A DNA stretch of 16,065 bases. Origin: a candidate division WOR-3 bacterium (GTDB lineage: Bacteria > Hydrothermota > Hydrothermia > LBFQ01). Position numbers and translations under genes: made by a program. The stretch covers positions 1 through 16,065 of the forward strand of contig JALUCS010000040.1 of the NCBI GenBank assembly GCA_027050205.1, written 5' to 3'. Each line of letters opens with the position of its first letter. Position 1 is the stretch's first letter. A model generated the notes under the pieces. That model searched no databases, had not been told where the DNA came from, and saw only the letters and a program-made list of their open reading frames with translations. This document shows positions 15,207 to 16,065 of this stretch, piece by piece.

Positions 15207-15914
15207 ATGAAGAATATATCAAACTTGGCCATACTCTCAACGATAGGCATAACACTTCTGGTCTCCTGCTACAGCACACCCATAAGCTACGACACCGCCG
15301 AGATACCCTACAATTCCGGGAGCGTTAGGGTAGGGGTAGGCGGGCAGTACTATCCCGGAGGGTACGAAGAGTACGATCCTTGGGGAGGAGTCTATTATCA
15401 CTATTCAAAGGATTACAACGTACGAGGGGACGTACAGGTGGGCTATGGATGGAAAAGTATAGTTGAAGTCGGGGCAATGGGAGGTGTGGCGGTAGGGAGC
15501 TACAGATACTTACTGCCATCGTCCCATAAAAGCTACGATTATCGGGATCTTATGAGGTTTCTGGAGCTTCAGATAGACTTTTATCCTTATGTAAAAATTG
15601 GCACCCCTACCGAGAACGTTAGATTCTCTATAAAGCCCTACGTTGGACAGGGTATACTTTGGCGCAAATCCCCTGATAGTTCTATGACAATAGGTACGCT
15701 TACACCCAAGTTAGATCTTCTCTTTGGATTTGGCAAACCGGAACGTTTAACCTTAGGCTTAAGTTTATCCGCCACTTATACACCTATAATGGCTCTTGTA
15801 TCGTTGCATTACCCGAGATTCACCCTCTCCTTTATGGTTGGCCCGTTTGTTGGAGAGTTAGGCGATCAGTATACTTTGGGTGCTTTCTACTTCGGTATAG
15901 GGAAGCGTTTCTAA
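15207..15914 (+). CDS. Hypothetical lipoprotein with outer-membrane beta-barrel-like body
   Basis: Lipobox LLVSC at residue 21, alternating Gly/aromatic beta-strand patterns, C-terminal FYFGIGKRF. AT-richer than neighbouring genes. Confidence 0.75.
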   Translation: MKNISNLAILSTIGITLLVSCYSTPISYDTAEIPYNSGSVRVGVGGQYYPGGYEEYDPWGGVYYHYSKDYNVRGDVQVGYGWKSIVEVGAMGGVAVGSYRYLLPSSHKSYDYRDLMRFLELQIDFYPYVKIGTPTENVRFSIKPYVGQGILWRKSPDSSMTIGTLTPKLDLLFGFGKPERLTLGLSLSATYTPIMALVSLHYPRFTLSFMVGPFVGELGDQYTLGAFYFGIGKRF

Positions 15915-16065
15915 GTGCGGTGTGGAGGTATTGCGCTTTTTGGTACCGGTGATGGGTAAGTTTTCAGTAGTTTCGCGTTTATACAGAGAAAAGGGGATTG
16001 CGTTGAGGCTGGAGAGCGGCCCTGCCATACCATCGTAATCGTTGCTGAAGGGAGAAGGGAGAAAT

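Noticed and set aside
15952..16038. Short ORF MGKFSVVSRLYREKGIALRLESGPAIPS
   Set aside because: 28 codons, no TANNNT box at the usual spacing, no recognisable features, and it overlaps repeat-like motifs.

Overview
This is a compact, GC-rich bacterial chromosomal segment; heavy AGG/ATA codon use suggests a thermophile, and the lipoproteins and a probable beta-barrel suggest a diderm. The left ~2.7 kb is accessory: a HEPN protein with an atypical upstream partner, a large antitoxin candidate plus RelE toxin, and a 920-bp IS1-family element with a frameshifted transposase. The rest is mostly housekeeping: Mut7-C RNase, coaBC, rpoZ, cstA, a small membrane protein, an ankyrin protein, a GT-C membrane protein, an SDR, an M23 lipoprotein, a CDP-alcohol phosphatidyltransferase, mce, metG, acyP and an AT-richer lipoprotein. 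Two non-obvious signals stand out. (1) Almost every lead gene has a TANNNT -10 box 5-7 nt (one case 9 nt) before its start codon, in two upstream sequence classes; this implies pervasive leaderless transcription and corrects several ORF starts. (2) The 650-bp gap at 6455-7106 holds two tandem mini-elements bounded by inverted copies of the IS1 ends, one carrying an AT-rich insert with ~22-nt periodicity. No tRNA, rRNA or CRISPR array was seen.
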